In this document: in pieces, positions 7,495 to 10,630 of the stretch
Layout of the letters: every line of letters begins with the position of its first letter
Numbering within the stretch: position 1 is the first letter of the stretch
Virus genome (UHGV): UHGV-1631556
Source of the DNA: a virus
DNA: 10,630 nt
Reading direction: 5' to 3' (one strand)
Made by a program: the position numbers and the translations under genes
The notes under the pieces: generated by a model
The model's input: only the letters and a program-made list of their open reading frames with translations
What the model was told of the DNA's origin: nothing
Databases searched by the model: none

Positions 7495-8347
7495 TGTTTG
7501 CTGTCTCCTTTAACAGAAAAGAAAAGGCCTCATCCGGCGACATCACGTCGTCGGCAAGCCCTGCCTGCACCCCTTCGTCAGCCCGCAACGTCCGGGCCTC
7601 AAGTGCACGCACCGCATCCGCGCTGATGCCACGGTTGCGGGCAACGGTTTCGATAAAAAGCGTGCCTGCAGCGTCAGTGTCCGCCTGAAGTGCCGCCTGT
7701 GCCGCCTCACTCAGCGGACGCAGCGGACTGGTCTCCGCCTTCCGGCTGCCGCAGGTGATGATGGTCACGTTCAGCCCCTCATCCTTCATCTGGCGCGACA
7801 TGTCACAGTGCACGTAGATGACACCGACGGATCCCACGCCGCCCGTGCGGGGGACCAGGATCCGGTCTGCGGCGCTGGCAAGGGCATAGGCCGCCGAGTA
7901 CGCCGACTCCGAGAGAATGGCGTGCACCGGTTTCTGCCCGCGACAGGCAAAAATCGTGTCCACCAGATCAAAACACCCGGCCACTTCTCCGCCGGGTGAA
8001 TCGATATCAAGACAGATGCCCTTCACATCAGGGTCGTTAAGCGCCGTCAGAAAATTTCGCCGGATGCCGTCATACCCCGTCATGCCGGAGTAAGGCCGTA
8101 GCGTCCCCAGTTTCTGTACCAGGGTGCCGTGCACGGGAATGATGGCGATCCCCTCCAGAATGTCGTACCCGCTTTCAGGGGCGGGACGGCAGAAATCGTC
8201 TTCATCATCGTCATACCAGGCCCCCGTTTTTATCCGGGTGATCCCGAGTCGTTCTGCCAGTGCCGTAACAATGATTTCCGCTTTTCGCGGATGAATGGCC
8301 AGCGGCGTGTTCAGCAGGCGCTGGCTTAACAGTGCAAGTTGATTCAT
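7487..8347 (-). CDS. Prohead protease, S49 peptidase family (lambda gpC protease domain-like)
   Basis: 286 aa; ...EGIAIIPVHGTLVQKLGTLRPYSGMTGYDGI...DIDSPGGEVAGCFDLVD... parallels lambda C (...NGIAVLPVSGTLVSRTRALQPYSGMTGYNGI...DMDTPGGMVAGAFDCAD...); ATGA overlap with the portal stop. Confidence 0.85.
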   Translation of the reverse strand: MNQLALLSQRLLNTPLAIHPRKAEIIVTALAERLGITRIKTGAWYDDDEDDFCRPAPESGYDILEGIAIIPVHGTLVQKLGTLRPYSGMTGYDGIRRNFLTALNDPDVKGICLDIDSPGGEVAGCFDLVDTIFACRGQKPVHAILSESAYSAAYALASAADRILVPRTGGVGSVGVIYVHCDMSRQMKDEGLNVTIITCGSRKAETSPLRPLSEAAQAALQADTDAAGTLFIETVARNRGISADAVRALEARTLRADEGVQAGLADDVMSPDEAFSFLLKETANNG

Positions 8348-9947
8348 GAAACATCAGGCTCCTTCGGCTCTGCCGGGTCACTGCCCGTCGGTGTGGGGGC
8401 AAACTGCTCTGCCTGAAACCAGGAAGGCGGTGTCAGGCCTCTTTCCTTAAAGGCCCGCTCTTCTCGCGCCCGCTGATCGAGAATGTCCTCGAAATCTTCC
8501 CCCACGTTCTCAGCCACTTCGATTTCCAGCGTGGACATGCCGGCCTCCATCGCCAGAATCGCCCCTTTTTTCTCCGCGACCGGATCCACCCAGCCACGCC
8601 CCGGTCCCATCCAGTGGGCACGGGTGTAAGCGGCCCGCGCCGCCAGAAAATCCGGTGCGCCTGCAGGCAGCGGCAAATCCTCTTCTTCGTGCAGCTCTTC
8701 CAGAAACGCCGTCAGCACCGGCTGGGCAAAGCCAACCGCAAACTCATCACGACGGCGGGTCAGTGTTTTCCACGCCTCAAGGAGTGCCGCGCGGGCAGAG
8801 CTGTAGTTAACGTCCGACCAGTCCTGTGTCACCTGCTGGGTGGACAGACCCAGTGCAGCGGCAATATTCCTGAGCACCGTGCCCTCGAACTCCTTAAAGT
8901 TACTGACCGGGCGGGCGGCGCTCACGGCTTTTGGCTCTTCGCCGGGGAACGTGATGGGAATACGCACGCCCGACATCGAAATCCGGTTAGTATCGTGATA
9001 CTTCATGCGCGCATCCTGGTAGCCATTAATCACCTCCGCGTCACTCATCAGATCTTCTGTCAGTTTCGGGTCATAGGGCGACGTGATGAAAAAACCGAAC
9101 ATGGCATTGATGATGGCGGCTTCCAGCTCCACCTGGTCGTACTTGATAAGCATTTTCAGACGCTGAACCACGGGATTGAGAATACCGACGCCACGATGCT
9201 GGCCCGCACGGTCATGATCAAAGTCATGCACCACCACCGGCCTTCCCCACGACGTTTCACGCGGCACTGCCGCTCCACCAGTCCCCCATGTGTGCGGACC
9301 GGATGTGATAGGCTACCGGCACCCCGTCCGCGTCAATTTCCACACCGCCACGAATATGCGGCATGTCAAACGCATCGTTCGGGTTACTCAGCCGGTCGGG
9401 GTCAATCACCTGTACCACCGTACCGTAACGCCCGCGACCGGGGGCTATTCTGTCCGGTCGCCAGTGGATGACCGCCGATCATCTTGTGGCGGAATGCCAG
9501 CCGGAAAAGCTGCGGCAGGGTCTGTCTGCGTTCAAGGTCGCAGTAACACCCGGCATCACTGGCCCAGTTGCGCCAGTGTGCCTCCACACAGCGCCCGTAC
9601 TCATCCGCCCAGTCTGCATCAAATGCCCGGTTGCCGGTCATCTCTGCCAGCATCCGGTAGTCAGGCTTCATCCTCGGGCGAAAAACCACCCCCATGGCAT
9701 TGTCCAGCAGACGGGTGATACTGCCATTCGCCCAGCCGTCATTGCGGACAAGGTCGCGCATTCTGGCAACCATACGGCTACGCCAGATATTCACTTCATT
9801 GTCCGGTGACCACAGTACCGGGTTCCAGCCCGCCACCGAACCGTGCGAGAAACCGGCAGAGTCGTAGGGGATCCGCCCGCTGTCATTCAGTGCGCGTTTT
9901 TTTTCCGTCTGTTGCGGAAAAGGTCTGCCATTTTTATCGACTATCAT
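8344..9947 (-). pseudogene. Portal protein, lambda gpB-like, disrupted by two frameshifts (or two sequence errors)
   Basis: N-terminal part 9402-9947 (...MRDLVRNDGWANGSITRLLDNAMG...) and C-terminal part 8344-9267 (...VPRETSWGRPVVVHDFDHDRAGQHRG...) both resemble lambda B but are in different frames. The bridging segment ~9265-9480 reads in the third frame (...RLSNPNDAFDMPHIRGGVEIDADGVPVAYHI..., cf. lambda ...RISNPNNTGDSRNCRAGVQINDSGAALGYYV...). Frame changes fall within 9402-9479 and 9264-9313, windows containing a G5 run (9440-9444) and a C5 run (9283-9287). Confidence 0.6.
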
Positions 9948-9955
9948 CGCTCACC

Positions 9956-10177
9956 TCAGTAACGCACGCTCAGAGACCTTCTCGTCCTAATCCCCAGCGC
10001 CCGCTGGAGCGTCGCGATCAGCGCCAGCAAATCAGCACTGCTGGCCTGTGAATAAGTCACGGTGCGCGTGCCGTCTCCCTGTGCATAGGAGAAACTCACG
10101 CCACGCCGCCCTGAAAGCAGCTCAATATAGGCCGCCTGAGCTTCATTCAGTGCCGCCTTCAGTTGTTCTTTTGACAT
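9956..10177 (-). CDS. Head-tail joining protein, lambda gpW-like
   Basis: About 73 aa from ATG 10175-10177 (MSKEQLKAALNEAQAAYIELLSGRRGVSFSYAQGDGTRTVTY...), similar in pattern and size to lambda W (68 aa); located between terminase and portal as in lambda. The track's start at 10189 is a GTG. Confidence 0.7.
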   Translation of the reverse strand: MSKEQLKAALNEAQAAYIELLSGRRGVSFSYAQGDGTRTVTYSQASSADLLALIATLQRALGIRTRRSLSVRY

Positions 10178-10630
10178 TCCGGCAAACACGCCGGGGGGAT
10201 TCCTGCAAGCCTCATATGCAGCGGTATTTTCTTACGGGGTATCTCCGGTGCTTTTGCGCCCGGCATACTTAAACTGATTTTTTCTTCCGGCTGCGCGGGA
10301 GGCGGCTCCATGAATGACAGATCCTGCGCCGCCCGTTCAGCCAGACGGTTCAGTTTCAGACCGTGATGCAGCAGCCCCTTCAGGGCCGCGTAACCGTACA
10401 CCATACAGTCCAGCGCCTCATTCGCCCGTCCGGCAGACAGCTCCCAGACACGGTACACCTGCCCGCCGTTCTCCTTACGCACCAGACGCTCAGAGAGCAG
10501 CTGACTGAAATAATGCAAATCCAGAAACGACGGAAAATGGATACAGCCTGCGGCAGGCGCGCCTGCCGGATCCGGCTCAATATGGAGCCGGTGCCTGATG
10601 TCGTCCTTCGCGGAGTTCACCCCCAGAATG
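10159..10630 (-). CDS. Terminase large subunit, C-terminal end (gene begins beyond the window end)
   Basis: Frame is open from 10630 down to the stop at 10159-10161; position directly upstream of W and portal matches lambda gpA. Contains ...GQVYRVWELSAGRANEALDCMVYGYAAL..., which I read as the conserved C-terminal region of lambda-type large terminases. Confidence 0.65.
   Translation of the reverse strand, partial: ILGVNSAKDDIRHRLHIEPDPAGAPAAGCIHFPSFLDLHYFSQLLSERLVRKENGGQVYRVWELSAGRANEALDCMVYGYAALKGLLHHGLKLNRLAERAAQDLSFMEPPPAQPEEKISLSMPGAKAPEIPRKKIPLHMRLAGIPPACLPECQKNN

Noticed and set aside
7-9809. Many long plus-strand ORFs (e.g. 7-432, 1511-1831, 4758-5435, 5389-5823, 5552-6001, 6865-7626, 8614-9471, 9468-9809)
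   Set aside because: All lie antisense to minus-strand genes that have recognisable phage structural products, RBSs and coupled junctions. High GC content makes long spurious antisense ORFs expected, and none has a convincing start context.

Overview
The whole window is one co-directional late (virion morphogenesis) gene block of a tailed phage or prophage, encoded entirely on the minus strand with tightly packed, often overlapping stop/start junctions (ATGA, TGATG). Reading 5'->3' on the minus strand (high to low coordinates): terminase large subunit C-terminus (runs off the window), gpW-like head-tail joining protein, lambda gpB-like portal (broken into three frames), gpC-like S49 prohead protease, Nu3-like acidic scaffold with an 81-bp tandem duplication, gpD-like decoration protein, gpE-like major capsid, a 62-aa unknown ORF, a gpFII-like connector, then a contractile-tail module in Mu-like order: 187-aa and 78-aa neck/terminator candidates, sheath, tube, tail assembly chaperone with a canonical -1 slippery site, and a tape measure protein with a lytic transglycosylase motif that runs off the window start. 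All family assignments rest on my reading of the translations, motifs recalled from memory and gene order; no database search was possible. I see no cargo, defence, toxin, integrase, tRNA or CRISPR features, and no evidence of an undescribed system; the most notable points are the disrupted portal, the recoding site, the lambda-head/Mu-tail mosaic and the acidic repeat in the scaffold. The plus-strand ORFs in the track all lie antisense to these genes and are treated as artefacts of high GC content.
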